64,000 nucleotides of DNA from Bacteroidales bacterium (GCA_046706305.1 JBJKPQ010000071.1:2211-66210), one strand, 5' to 3'. Positions 1-9,302 are shown, numbered from the stretch's first letter. Numbers and translations are program-made. Notes: generated from the letters alone by a model not told the origin.

Positions 1-432
1 TTTCCCGGATATACCGGCAGATATGAAACTAAGGGCATCTTCCGTCAGTTTCATATGATATGAGAAAGCACCGGCAATACCGGCATTACTGTACAGACCG
101 TTTTTTTCATGAAATGCGTATCCACCGGCACCAAAGTTTGTAAAACTGCCAAGGGAGGGAATGGCCGGATAATCTGAATGGTGTTTCATTATCCTTGCCG
201 ATCCGGCAAAGAAAAGTGAATTTATATTAGCCGACTTTCCAAGCGACATATCAAGATTAAAAAAATCTTTGCTGCCAGCATTTGCGGGATTCAGAATAAA
301 ATGGTTGTAAATCTTCGATGAAACTGGATAGGATGGAATCTGCTGCCCTTTCAAGGATGGAATGGGTCCGGATAAAAAGAACAATACCAGGATCAGGCTG
401 CCAATGGTATATTTTCTGAAAGTGTGGTCCAT
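1..432 (-). CDS. PorP/SprF-family type IX secretion system membrane protein (N-terminal part; gene continues past the left edge)
   Basis: Absent from the ORF track because it is open at the window edge. Manual minus-strand translation from the ATG at 432-430 gives MDHTFRKYTIGSLILVLFFLSGPIPSLKGQQIPSYPVSSKIYNHFILNPANAGSKDF... It has a signal-like N-terminus followed by the NPA.AG motif typical of PorP/SprF proteins. The frame stays open to base 1. Confidence 0.6.
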   Translation of the reverse strand, partial: MDHTFRKYTIGSLILVLFFLSGPIPSLKGQQIPSYPVSSKIYNHFILNPANAGSKDFFNLDMSLGKSANINSLFFAGSARIMKHHSDYPAIPSLGSFTNFGAGGYAFHEKNGLYSNAGIAGAFSYHMKLTEDALSFISAGISGK

Positions 433-644
433 AGGAAAAATTCGAAGCAATAAAATTAGCACATTTTATCTAAATCTCATTTAAACAAAAAATGTTCAGT
501 CCGGAAGATTATTTACACCAAAATAATAAATTAAATAATGATTTTCAAAGTACGTTATATTATTTAATATCAACTCTACAAAGCTGTAAGTTTTCTTTTG
601 GGAACAGTACTATCCTTTTCTTTTAAATCAACGCTTTAATGTAT

Positions 645-652
645 TATCTTTG
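645..652 (+). promoter_or_regulatory. Bacteroidota-type -7 promoter motif (TATCTTTG = TAnnTTTG) upstream of argS
   Basis: Exact match to the TAnnTTTG consensus, 25 nt upstream of the argS ATG. Confidence 0.35.
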
Positions 653-676
653 CAGCCTGAAATTTTACAATAAACG

Positions 677-2464
677 ATGGAGACTGTTTTAAAAGACAAG
701 ATTAAAGAGGCTGTCAGAACAATATATGGCAGTGAAGTTGATGACAACCTCATACAGATACAGGAAACACGAAAAGACTTCAGGGGTGATTTTACACTCG
801 TGGTATTTCCGTTATTGCGATTTTCCAAAAACACCCCGGAGAAAACAGGAGAGACAATTGGCATGTACCTGGTCGGAAATTCCGACTTTGTTTCGGGTTA
901 TAATGTAATTAAAGGCTTTTTAAACCTCGAGATATCTTATTCATGGTGGCTGGATTATTTCGATAGCCTGACAGGGGAAGTCGATTATTTCAGGGAATGT
1001 AAGACTGATTCTCCAGCAACCATCCTTGTGGAATATTCCTCTCCGAACACCAACAAGCCACTGCATCTGGGACATATCAGGAATAACCTTCTTGGTTTCT
1101 CCCTTTTCAGGATATTATCGGCCACCGGAAACAAGGTGATAAAGACCAATATTGTTAATGACAGGGGGATTCATATTTGTAAATCAATGATAGCCTGGCA
1201 GAAATTTGGAAATGGTGAAACACCTGCTTCATCAGGAATTAAGGGCGATCACCTTGTTGGTAAATACTATGTGTTATTCGAAAAAGAATATAAAGCTCAG
1301 GTTGAACAGCTGGTAGCTGACGGGCAGGACGAAAGTAAGGCTAAAAACAATGCACCTATTATTAATGAAGCGCGTGAAATGCTCAGGAAATGGGAAGCAG
1401 GTGATGATAAAGTTGTGGAGCTCTGGAAGACAATGAATTCATGGGTATATGCGGGCTTTGATGAGACATATGGTAAGCTTGGAGTTGATTTTGACAGGAT
1501 TTATTATGAGTCAGAAACATATAAACTGGGTAAGGATATTGTGCTTGACGCCCTTAAAAAGAATATTCTCTACCAGAATGAAGATAAATCCATATGGGCC
1601 GATCTTTCATCTGACGGACTCGATCAGAAGCTGCTATTAAGATCAGATGGCACTGCTGTTTATATGACACAGGACCTTGGTACTGCGGTGAGCAGGTTTA
1701 AGGAATATGGATTTGACAGGAATATTTATGTGGTTGGCAATGAACAGAACTATCATTTTCAGGTTTTGAAAGCCATACTGAAAAGGATGGGGTACTTATG
1801 GGCCGACGGATTGGTTCATTTTTCCTACGGAATGGTTGAACTGCCGGAAGGAAGGATGAAATCAAGAGAAGGCACCATTGTAGATGCTGATGACCTGATT
1901 GAAGAAATGCATGAGACTGCCAGGGAAGTATCGCTGGAACTTGGAAAACTTACTGATTTTACTAATGATGAAAAAGAAGATATATTTCGCAAGATAGGCC
2001 TTGGTGCACTGAAATATTATATACTCAAGGTTGATCCCAAGAAAAATATGACATTTAATCCTTCGGAATCTATCGACTTCAATGGGAACACCGGTCCTTT
2101 TATTCAATACACATATGCACGTATCCGATCAGTTTTCAGGAAAGCAGAAGACATGGGAATAGATGTCAGAACAGACGGGATTAAAGGAGCCAAAGTTTCA
2201 GATAAGGAGATAGAACTAATTAAGTTACTTAGAAAATTCACCGAGACTGTAAAGTCAGCAGCTGAATCATACAGCCCGGCCATTATTGCCAATTATTGCT
2301 ATGAACTTGCCAGGGAGTATAACCAGTTTTATCACGATTTTACAATTCTGGGAGAAACGGACATGGCTGTCAGAAATCTTAGATTAATGTTGTCAGAAGT
2401 TACAAGCAGGGTTATATTTGAAGGAATGTTTTTACTGGGTATTGAGATGCCGGAGAGGATGTAG
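677..2464 (+). CDS. argS: Arginine--tRNA ligase
   Basis: 595-aa ORF with the class I HIGH motif (PLHLGHIRNN), an ArgRS-type KMSK-region equivalent (GRMKSREG), and an anticodon-binding C-terminus ending in M, as in ArgRS. Confidence 0.95.
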   Translation: METVLKDKIKEAVRTIYGSEVDDNLIQIQETRKDFRGDFTLVVFPLLRFSKNTPEKTGETIGMYLVGNSDFVSGYNVIKGFLNLEISYSWWLDYFDSLTGEVDYFRECKTDSPATILVEYSSPNTNKPLHLGHIRNNLLGFSLFRILSATGNKVIKTNIVNDRGIHICKSMIAWQKFGNGETPASSGIKGDHLVGKYYVLFEKEYKAQVEQLVADGQDESKAKNNAPIINEAREMLRKWEAGDDKVVELWKTMNSWVYAGFDETYGKLGVDFDRIYYESETYKLGKDIVLDALKKNILYQNEDKSIWADLSSDGLDQKLLLRSDGTAVYMTQDLGTAVSRFKEYGFDRNIYVVGNEQNYHFQVLKAILKRMGYLWADGLVHFSYGMVELPEGRMKSREGTIVDADDLIEEMHETAREVSLELGKLTDFTNDEKEDIFRKIGLGALKYYILKVDPKKNMTFNPSESIDFNGNTGPFIQYTYARIRSVFRKAEDMGIDVRTDGIKGAKVSDKEIELIKLLRKFTETVKSAAESYSPAIIANYCYELAREYNQFYHDFTILGETDMAVRNLRLMLSEVTSRVIFEGMFLLGIEMPERM

Positions 2465-2553
2465 GATGCAGGCGGCAGGTAGCAGGTAGTAGGCGGTAGG
2501 TAGTAGGTAGTAGGTAGTAGGTAGTAGGTAGTAGGTAGTGAACGGTAACCGGT
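2463..2553 (+). repeat. Tandem heptanucleotide repeat (AGGTAGT)n, about 11-13 units (7 perfect, flanking units degenerate)
   Basis: Read directly: aggatgc aggcggc aggtagc aggtagt aggcggt, then six consecutive perfect aggtagt, then gaacggt aaccggt. The repeat starts inside the argS stop codon. Confidence 0.9.
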
Positions 2554-2579
2554 AAGCCAGAGGTTAATTCCGTCTGATT

Positions 2580-2595
2580 CCCCTCTTGGGAGGGG
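2580..2595 (+). other. Perfect GC-rich hairpin CCCCTC-TTGG-GAGGGG
   Basis: 6-bp stem and 4-nt loop, read directly. No T-run follows, so it is not a canonical terminator. Confidence 0.6.
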
Positions 2596-2598
2596 CCA

Positions 2599-2629
2599 GG
2601 GGGGGGAGTGAGAGTGAGAGTGAGAGTGA
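2599..2629 (+). repeat. G8 homopolymer followed by four tandem GAGTGA hexamers
   Basis: G run at 2599-2606; GAGTGA x4 at 2606-2629. Read directly. Confidence 0.9.
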
Positions 2630-2708
2630 GAAGCTTATGCAGACACTCTTTCATATGATACTTAGGGAATGATTATATAGAATATCAAAACAATAAGGAT
2701 AAAAAATT

Positions 2709-4028
2709 ATGTTTGAGAATCTTAGCGACAGGCTGGAAAAATCCTTTAAGATACTAAAAGGACAGGGCCGGATATCTGAAATTAATATAGCTGAAACTCT
2801 TAAGGAAGTACGCCGCGCTCTGCTTGATGCGGATGTTAACTTCAAAATTGCCAAGCAATTCACTGATACAGTTAAACAAAAAGCCCTCGGACAGGAGGTT
2901 CTTAAGGCTGTAAACCCGTCTCAGATGATGGTCAAAATAGTTCATGATGAACTTGTTGATCTGATGGGAGGTGATAAGACGGACATAAATATTAAAATAA
3001 ATCCTTCAGTGATACTGATTGCCGGTCTCCAGGGATCAGGTAAAACTACTTTCAGTGGCAAACTTGCCAAATGGACTAAATCAAAGAGGGGTAAAAATCC
3101 GCTTCTGGTAGCCTGTGATGTTTACAGGCCTGCTGCTATTGAACAGCTAAAGGTTATAGGGTCTCAGGTAGAAGTACCAGTATACACAGAGGATGGTAAT
3201 ATGAATCCGGTTGCAATTGCAAAGAATGCAATTAAAGAGGCAAAAAAGAATGGCCAGAACCTTGTTATTATTGATACTGCCGGACGCCTTGCTATTGATG
3301 AGGAGATGATGAAGGAAATTGCCTCGGTAAAGGAAGCAGTCAATCCCCATGAAACTCTGTTTGTTGTTGATTCGATGACAGGTCAGGATGCTGTGAATAC
3401 TGCTAAGGAATTTAATGAGAGACTCGATTTCGATGGTGTTGTACTTACCAAACTCGATGGTGACACCAGGGGTGGAGCTGCCCTGTCAATCAAAACTGTT
3501 GTCAACAAACCAATAAAGTTTGTAAGCTCAGGAGAGAAAATGGATGCTATCGATATCTTCTATCCGTCAAGGATGGCTGACAGAATTCTCGGCATGGGTG
3601 ATATTGTATCCCTGGTGGAAAAAGCTCAGGAACAATATGATGCTGAGGAAGCCCGTAAGCTCCAGAAAAAAATCGCAAAGGACCAGTTCGATTTTAATGA
3701 CTTCATCTCGCAGATTCAGCAAATTAAAAAAATGGGCAATGTTAAAGATTTGATGGCAATGATTCCGGGTGTAGGGAAAGCGGTTAAGGATCTGGATATT
3801 GATGACAATGCCTTTAAGAACATAGAATCGATAATAAAAAGCATGACGCCAGAGGAGAGGACTAACCCTTCAGTGCTTAATGGTAGCAGGCGTAAAAGGA
3901 TAGCTACGGGCAGTGGCACAACTGTGCAGGAGGTAAACAAGCTTTTAAAACAGTTTGATGAGACCCGGCGTATGATGAAGATGATGACAAAGGGTAGTAA
4001 CGCTTCCCGGTTAATGGGACGAAGATAA
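2709..4028 (+). CDS. ffh: Signal recognition particle protein Ffh
   Basis: 439 aa with SRP54-type GTPase motifs ([20 protein letters not shown]) and a Met-rich C-terminal M domain. Confidence 0.95.
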   Translation: MFENLSDRLEKSFKILKGQGRISEINIAETLKEVRRALLDADVNFKIAKQFTDTVKQKALGQEVLKAVNPSQMMVKIVHDELVDLMGGDKTDINIKINPSVILIAGLQGSGKTTFSGKLAKWTKSKRGKNPLLVACDVYRPAAIEQLKVIGSQVEVPVYTEDGNMNPVAIAKNAIKEAKKNGQNLVIIDTAGRLAIDEEMMKEIASVKEAVNPHETLFVVDSMTGQDAVNTAKEFNERLDFDGVVLTKLDGDTRGGAALSIKTVVNKPIKFVSSGEKMDAIDIFYPSRMADRILGMGDIVSLVEKAQEQYDAEEARKLQKKIAKDQFDFNDFISQIQQIKKMGNVKDLMAMIPGVGKAVKDLDIDDNAFKNIESIIKSMTPEERTNPSVLNGSRRKRIATGSGTTVQEVNKLLKQFDETRRMMKMMTKGSNASRLMGRR

Positions 4029-4036
4029 ATAATAGT

Positions 4037-4912
4037 ATGTACACCTTAATTGATGGAAAAAAGACCGCAGCTGAAATAAGGCTTGAAATAGCAGTAGAGG
4101 TTAAAAAACTGGCAGATGCAGGAGAAAAGATTCCTCATCTTGCAGCTGTTCTTGTTGGCAATGACGGATCGAGTGAAACTTATGTAGCCAATAAGGTAAA
4201 AGACTGCAGCGAAGTAGGATTCCGTTCAACACTTATCAGGTTTAAGGATAATGTTGAAGAAAAAGTGTTGCTGGCTAAAATTGAAGAACTAAATCAGGAT
4301 GATGATGTTGACGGCTTTATTGTACAGTTGCCATTACCTGCACATATCAGTGAAAGCAGGATAATTGAGGCAATCGATCCAGACAAGGATGCCGATGGTT
4401 TTCATCCTGTGAACCTTGGTAAAATGGTTATAGGCCTTCCGGGCTTTCTCCCGGCCACGCCATACGGTATTGTTGAACTTATAAAAAGATACAGGATCGA
4501 AACTGCCGGAAAGAACTGTGTTGTTATTGGAAGAAGTAATATAGTTGGGAGACCAGTTAGTATATTACTGTCCCAAAAAGGTATGGATGCCACTGTCACG
4601 GTTGTGCACAGCAGGACTAAAGGTGTTGAAGATATTTTAAGGAATGCAGATATTATTATAGCTGCAATCGGATCACCGGGCTTTGTTAAAGCAGACATGG
4701 TAAAGGTGGGAGCAGTTGTTATTGATGTGGGGACCACCAGAGTTAAAAGCCCGGTCACGAAATCAGGTTATAAGCTAACAGGCGATGTGGACTTTGATTC
4801 AGTTGCACCCAGATGTTCCTATATAACACCGGTACCTGGCGGGGTAGGGCCAATGACAAGAGTTTCCCTTTTAAGGAATACCCTGGTTGCTGCCGAAAAA
4901 AGAAGGCAGTAA
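4037..4912 (+). CDS. folD: Bifunctional methylenetetrahydrofolate dehydrogenase / methenyl-THF cyclohydrolase
   Basis: 291 aa with typical FolD motifs ([32 protein letters not shown]). Confidence 0.95.
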   Translation: MYTLIDGKKTAAEIRLEIAVEVKKLADAGEKIPHLAAVLVGNDGSSETYVANKVKDCSEVGFRSTLIRFKDNVEEKVLLAKIEELNQDDDVDGFIVQLPLPAHISESRIIEAIDPDKDADGFHPVNLGKMVIGLPGFLPATPYGIVELIKRYRIETAGKNCVVIGRSNIVGRPVSILLSQKGMDATVTVVHSRTKGVEDILRNADIIIAAIGSPGFVKADMVKVGAVVIDVGTTRVKSPVTKSGYKLTGDVDFDSVAPRCSYITPVPGGVGPMTRVSLLRNTLVAAEKRRQ

Positions 4913-4929
4913 ATGCCCCCGCTCTGAAA

Positions 4930-5181
4930 TCACTTAACAGGAAGATCTATACCGGTAAAATATAGATCAAACATACCCTTTCCTCCCGGCCTGTTGGAGG
5001 AAAACATGAGGAAGAGATTTGTAAAATCCGGGTGATAACCGATTACAGGCCTGTACTCATCGGAGGATGTGTTTATCGATGGTCCCAGGTTTACAGGTGA
5101 GCTCCATTTTCCATTATGGAGTACTGAGTAATAAAGGTCAAAGCCACCCATTCCCCCTGGTCTGTCCGATGTGATAATCAT
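4930..5181 (-). CDS. PD40 (TolB-like beta-propeller repeat) protein, C-terminal fragment of the upstream gene
   Basis: 83 aa with two SxxRPGGxGxFDLY PD40-type repeats and no signal peptide. It is in the same frame as 5188..5940 and separated from it only by TAA plus two codons. Confidence 0.55.
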   Translation of the reverse strand: MIITSDRPGGMGGFDLYYSVLHNGKWSSPVNLGPSINTSSDEYRPVIGYHPDFTNLFLMFSSNRPGGKGMFDLYFTGIDLPVK

Positions 5182-5187
5182 AAAGTT

Positions 5188-5940
5188 TTAATAAACCATG
5201 GGGCACTTATCATTAAACTGGCTGTTTATACTGTCAACGGCCGCTGAGGTTCCCGGTACCTGGGCAAACCATTCTGATAATGGCATATCAGCCGGTATAA
5301 CCTGGAAAAATATGTCAAAATCTCCGTTCCTGTCAGATGTAAAGTATGCCGTATCCTGTTTTGAACTGAAACATATATAGGCATCATCATACTCAGTGTT
5401 AAGGACATTAACAGGATGAGGTCCGTCGATTGCAGGAAGAGACGAATTATATACCGGTTGGTTTTTGAGATAATACATGTTAAGATCGCCGGAACTTGCG
5501 GTGGATGCAAGAATCATATATTCATAACCATCAACAGCACTGAACAAACGATAAGGTCCAAAATCATCTTCCGGGGTTACAGCCTTTTCGATAAGCTTAT
5601 TAAGGAAAGCATCTTCCGTCATCATTTCACTGAGAGTAAACAGTCCTGTCTCTTTGTCGAAAGTAAATGATACTTCAGCCTGTTCAAGATCGAATTGTCC
5701 GCCGCTGCTTTTCCTGTTGCTCGAGAATATTATCGGAGAATCACCGGTGAACTGAGGTAAGGATATGTTATAGTCATCGTACTGGGTGTTTATTGCTTCC
5801 AGGTTCACAACAGTGTCAGGAAAAGTTCCCGAGGTATATTTTATGGGTTTATCTGTTTTTTTGCAGTCAGTTAGTAATGTGTAAATTGCTGTAAACGTGA
5901 TAAGCAGCAATATGTGATTCCTATGTTGCAATTTCTTCAT
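5188..5940 (-). CDS. PD40/TolB-like repeat lipoprotein (N-terminal part)
   Basis: 250 aa with a lipoprotein signal (LLTDC) and PD40-like repeats (IIFSSNRKSSGGQFDL, AYFTSDRNGDFDIF). Confidence 0.7.
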   Translation of the reverse strand: MKKLQHRNHILLLITFTAIYTLLTDCKKTDKPIKYTSGTFPDTVVNLEAINTQYDDYNISLPQFTGDSPIIFSSNRKSSGGQFDLEQAEVSFTFDKETGLFTLSEMMTEDAFLNKLIEKAVTPEDDFGPYRLFSAVDGYEYMILASTASSGDLNMYYLKNQPVYNSSLPAIDGPHPVNVLNTEYDDAYICFSSKQDTAYFTSDRNGDFDIFFQVIPADMPLSEWFAQVPGTSAAVDSINSQFNDKCPMVY

Positions 5941-5968
5941 GACTGCAGAATTTAGGTAATGATTGTCA

Positions 5969-5976
5969 CAAATATA
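5969..5976 (-). promoter_or_regulatory. -7 promoter motif (TATATTTG on minus strand) for the PD40 lipoprotein gene
   Basis: Exact TAnnTTTG match about 29 nt upstream of the ATG at 5940. Confidence 0.35.
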
Positions 5977-5985
5977 ATCAATATA

Positions 5986-6013
5986 AAATGAAAAACCGGG
6001 TTGTAGCCCGGCT
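5986..6013 (-). terminator. Orphan terminator-like hairpin (minus strand: AGCCGGG-CTACAA-CCCGGTT followed by TTTTTCATTTT)
   Basis: 7-bp stem (one G-U pair) with a 6-nt loop and a T-run on the minus strand. No minus-strand gene lies upstream of it. Confidence 0.35.
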
Positions 6014-6243
6014 CTTCGAAGGTAGAATTTAGGTTAATTCTAGGGTAAATAGGGTATATCGTTTATGAAATTTTCAAATACAATTATAAGATGATTATTT
6101 TATACAAGAGGTTGCGTTGCATTTATTTTTTTTTTGCAAAATATTATAAAATTCTTTTATTTCCCTGTATTTCAAATGTTTATAAAAATGTTAAAATGTT
6201 GATAATTGAAGTTGGCGGTAAACAGCCTTTTTAAAATAATAAT

Positions 6244-6251
6244 TATTTTTG
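6244..6251 (+). promoter_or_regulatory. -7 promoter motif (TATTTTTG) upstream of the TPR gene
   Basis: TAnnTTTG match 20 nt upstream of the ATG at 6272. Confidence 0.3.
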
Positions 6252-6271
6252 TACGAATATTAATGTGAGTC

Positions 6272-7687
6272 ATGGAAGAAGACAGATATGGTTTTTCCTA
6301 CGAGGAAGAGGTGAAGCATGCAGTGCAGAAGTTCGAGAGGATGAGGAAGAATAATGAAAATTACTTCTTCGATGTGATTGAATTTGAGACGATCATTGAT
6401 TATTATATGGAGAGTAACAACTCTTCGAAAGCCTATGAAGCTGCAAAGATAGCATCTGCTCAGCATCCGAATTCATTATCCATCCAATTAAGAAAGGCTA
6501 GGGTTCTTTTAGATAAAGGAAGGGCAGTGGAAGCTCTCAGGCTGCTTAAAAAGCTTGAAAGTATAGAACCCGGAAATTTCGAATTGTATATTGCAAAAGG
6601 AACAGCTCTGGGTATGCTTGGCGATATACAGGGTGCGAAAAAGATGTTTGACTTTTCTCTTACACTCGATTCGGAAGACAAGGAAAATATTCTGTTTGCA
6701 ATCACGTCAGTATTACAGAATTTGAATTATTATGAATACCTCATTCCGTATATGCTCCAGCTGATTGAACTCGAACCGGAGTTTAAGGCTCATCTTTATG
6801 ACCTTGCCTATGCGTATGAAAAGATTGAGGATTTCCAAAACAGTATTAATTATTACCTGCTTTATCTCGATGAGGATCCTTTTTCCGACAGTGCATGGTA
6901 TAATCTGGGAATAATATATAATAAACTCGAGATGTATGACAAGGCAATGGATGCATATGATTTTGCCCTTGCTGTAAATTCTCAGAATACCTTCGCTCTG
7001 TTTAACAAGGGAAATATTCTTAATAATACTGAAAAATACGCTGCAGCAATACCTGTTTATCTTGAATATCTTGAAAATGAGCCTGAAAGCTTTGAAGCTC
7101 TTACTTACCTGGCAGAATGTTATGAAAAAACAGGAGATACTGATGCTGCAAGCAGGTATTACCATGAGGCTATAGAACTTGCTCCTGATTTTGCAGATCC
7201 ATGGTTTGGACTGGGAATAATTTCCTTTAACAAAGGTAATACCGATGACAGCCTGATTTATTTCCGCAAGGCTGTCAGACTTGATGATGAGAACCCGGAG
7301 ATATGGTTTATGCTGGGGAAAGCCCAGTATGCTACAGGTGAAACAAAAGCTGCTCTCCGTTGCTTCAGGGAAGCCCTTAAACTTGATGCATATTATGATG
7401 AAGTTTGGTCTGAACTTGGATATATTATTCTTGAAAACGGTCTTACAAATAAAGCACTGCCTTACCTCGAACATGCATACAGGGTAACGGGGGATGTTCC
7501 AGGAATAAATTACCTTCTGGCATCCTTTTATCTGCACCTTAAGGATTCCGATAAAGCACTTAATCATCTTTCCGCCGCCCTGGAACTGGACAGGGATATC
7601 TTTCCCGGATTCATCAATATTTTTCCCGAAATAATTCTTACCCGAAAGGTCAGAAGATTGCTTGGGGAATATGACTTAAACATATAA
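6272..7687 (+). CDS. Tetratricopeptide (TPR) repeat protein
   Basis: 471 aa with many 34-residue TPR-like units (A..Y/F...L...P spacing, e.g. AWYNLGIIYNKLEMYDKAMDAYDFALAVNSQN). Confidence 0.8.
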   Translation: MEEDRYGFSYEEEVKHAVQKFERMRKNNENYFFDVIEFETIIDYYMESNNSSKAYEAAKIASAQHPNSLSIQLRKARVLLDKGRAVEALRLLKKLESIEPGNFELYIAKGTALGMLGDIQGAKKMFDFSLTLDSEDKENILFAITSVLQNLNYYEYLIPYMLQLIELEPEFKAHLYDLAYAYEKIEDFQNSINYYLLYLDEDPFSDSAWYNLGIIYNKLEMYDKAMDAYDFALAVNSQNTFALFNKGNILNNTEKYAAAIPVYLEYLENEPESFEALTYLAECYEKTGDTDAASRYYHEAIELAPDFADPWFGLGIISFNKGNTDDSLIYFRKAVRLDDENPEIWFMLGKAQYATGETKAALRCFREALKLDAYYDEVWSELGYIILENGLTNKALPYLEHAYRVTGDVPGINYLLASFYLHLKDSDKALNHLSAALELDRDIFPGFINIFPEIILTRKVRRLLGEYDLNI

Positions 7688-7703
7688 ACTAATTTAATCT
7701 GTA

Positions 7704-8474
7704 ATGAAAGTAAACTTCCCATTCTTACCTGAACGACCTTCTAAACCGAGGAACTCAGGCCTGACAATGGTAATGGATAAAGGTCTGAGTGTTAGGCAGG
7801 CAGAAGATTTTATGGCTGTCGGTAGTGTTTATACCGATTTTGTGAAGCTTGGTTTTGGCACCTCGCTTATTACACCTGACCTTGAAAAGAAAATAGCAGT
7901 TTATAAGAATGCCGGTGTAACGCCCTATTTTGGAGGCACATTATTCGAAGCATATATTATAAGGGATATGTTCGAGGAATATATTGAATTGCTTGATAAA
8001 TATGAAATTGAGCTTGTTGAAGTATCGGACGGGTCTTACGACATTGAGCATAAGAAAAAGTTGAATTATATCGGTATACTTGCAGAAAACAGAACAGTGA
8101 TCTCTGAAGTTGGATCAAAGAAAAAGGATGTTATTTATTCACCGGAGGAATGGGTGTCTATGATGAGAACCGAACTCAGGGCAGGAGCAACAAAAGTGAT
8201 AGCTGAAGCACGTGAATCAGGAACCACAGGTATTTATAATCCTGATGGTTCTATCAATAATAAGATTATCTGTGGCATAGCCGACCATGTCAAACTTGAG
8301 AATGTTATCTGGGAAGCACCGCTTAAGGCTCAACAAGCCTGGTTTATCAAGCATTTCGGACATAATGTGAACCTTGGCAATATCCCTCCTGCAGAGATTA
8401 TCCCGCTTGAATCACTGCGCCTGGGGCTGAGAGGTGATACATTTTTCCAGTTTCTTCCAGAAGATCTCCTTTAA
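7704..8474 (+). CDS. (2R)-phospho-3-sulfolactate synthase, ComA family
   Basis: 256 aa that aligns by eye along its whole length with archaeal ComA (LPERPSKPRNSGLTMVMDKGL, FVKLGFGTS, GGTLFE, VEVSDGS, EVGSK, EARESG, WEAP.K.QQ, NLGNI, E.LR.GLRGDTF). Confidence 0.8.
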   Translation: MKVNFPFLPERPSKPRNSGLTMVMDKGLSVRQAEDFMAVGSVYTDFVKLGFGTSLITPDLEKKIAVYKNAGVTPYFGGTLFEAYIIRDMFEEYIELLDKYEIELVEVSDGSYDIEHKKKLNYIGILAENRTVISEVGSKKKDVIYSPEEWVSMMRTELRAGATKVIAEARESGTTGIYNPDGSINNKIICGIADHVKLENVIWEAPLKAQQAWFIKHFGHNVNLGNIPPAEIIPLESLRLGLRGDTFFQFLPEDLL

Positions 8475-8519
8475 AACTGAATACGGGGATTCTTTCCCTG
8501 TAAAACAAGTATAAAAATT

Positions 8520-9272
8520 ATGAGGAAATTTGGCCTCATTGGTTATCCGCTGGGACATTCCTTTTCAAAAAAATACTTTACCGAGAAATTTGAACGGGAA
8601 GGTCTGTCTGATTGCCGTTATGAGAAGTTTCCATTGGAAAATATTGAGCTACTGAAAGATATGTTGAGGGAAGAACCTGATCTCTTCGGGTTTAACGTTA
8701 CTATTCCATATAAGTCATCAATATTTCCATTCTTATCGCACGTGGCAGACGATGCCGCTGGGATAGGGGCTGTTAATGTAGTCAAAATAAGGCATTCCGC
8801 AGGTAAGACGGCACTTTATGGCTATAATAGTGATATCGTGGGTATTAGGGATACACTTGCACCCTTTCTGAAAGAAAATATAAAACAGGCATTGGTTCTG
8901 GGAACCGGTGGAAGTTCACGGTCTGTATCCTATGTCCTCAGAAGTTTTGGTTTAAAAGTGATCCTGGTATCGAGAAGTACAAAAAAAGGAACCTTGAGAT
9001 ATAATGATCTGACCAGCAAGGTATATGAAGATTCTGGACTTATTGTCAACACTACTCCCGCGGGCATGTTCCCTGATACGGGGTCAATGCCGGCTATCGA
9101 TTACGATAAGCTAAATTCCGGCCATATACTTTTTGATCTTGTTTATAATCCGGAGATAACCATGTTCCTTAAAACGGGATCGGAAAGAGGCTGTACTGTA
9201 ATCAGTGGTCTTAAGATGCTATATTCACAGGCAGAAAAGTCCTGGGAGATATGGAATGACGAAAGTCTATAA
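8520..9272 (+). CDS. aroE: Shikimate dehydrogenase
   Basis: 250 aa with an AroE N-terminus (GLIGYPLGHSFSKKYF), NVTIPYK, GYNSD, and the GTGGSSRS NAD(P)-binding loop. Confidence 0.9.
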   Translation: MRKFGLIGYPLGHSFSKKYFTEKFEREGLSDCRYEKFPLENIELLKDMLREEPDLFGFNVTIPYKSSIFPFLSHVADDAAGIGAVNVVKIRHSAGKTALYGYNSDIVGIRDTLAPFLKENIKQALVLGTGGSSRSVSYVLRSFGLKVILVSRSTKKGTLRYNDLTSKVYEDSGLIVNTTPAGMFPDTGSMPAIDYDKLNSGHILFDLVYNPEITMFLKTGSERGCTVISGLKMLYSQAEKSWEIWNDESL

Positions 9273-9302
9273 ATAATAATTAATATTTTCGGTTTAATTT
9301 GA

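Noticed and set aside
2484-2539. The AGGTAGTAGGT core of the heptamer repeat is identical to 11 nt of the animal let-7 microRNA
   Set aside because: This is a coincidence of a short repeated unit. No hairpin precursor is present and there is no biological rationale in a bacterium.
2463-2629. Possible CRISPR array or phase-variation switch
   Set aside because: The units are 6-7 nt with no spacers, so this is not a CRISPR array. Both flanking genes (argS, ffh) are essential housekeeping genes, so classical on/off phase variation is implausible. It is kept only as an unusual SSR cluster.
2412-2654. 80-aa minus-strand ORF (…LTLTLTLTPPPGP…LLPTTYYLLPTTY…) spanning the argS-ffh spacer
   Set aside because: Its sequence is just the translation of the heptamer and hexamer repeats and the G8 tract. 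It overlaps the argS 3' end and has no promoter or start context. It is a repeat-generated artefact, not a gene.
6713-7567. 284-aa minus-strand ORF
   Set aside because: It lies entirely antisense within the well-supported TPR gene (6272..7687). Its composition is low-complexity and Ile/Phe/Lys-rich, typical of shadow ORFs in AT-rich DNA.
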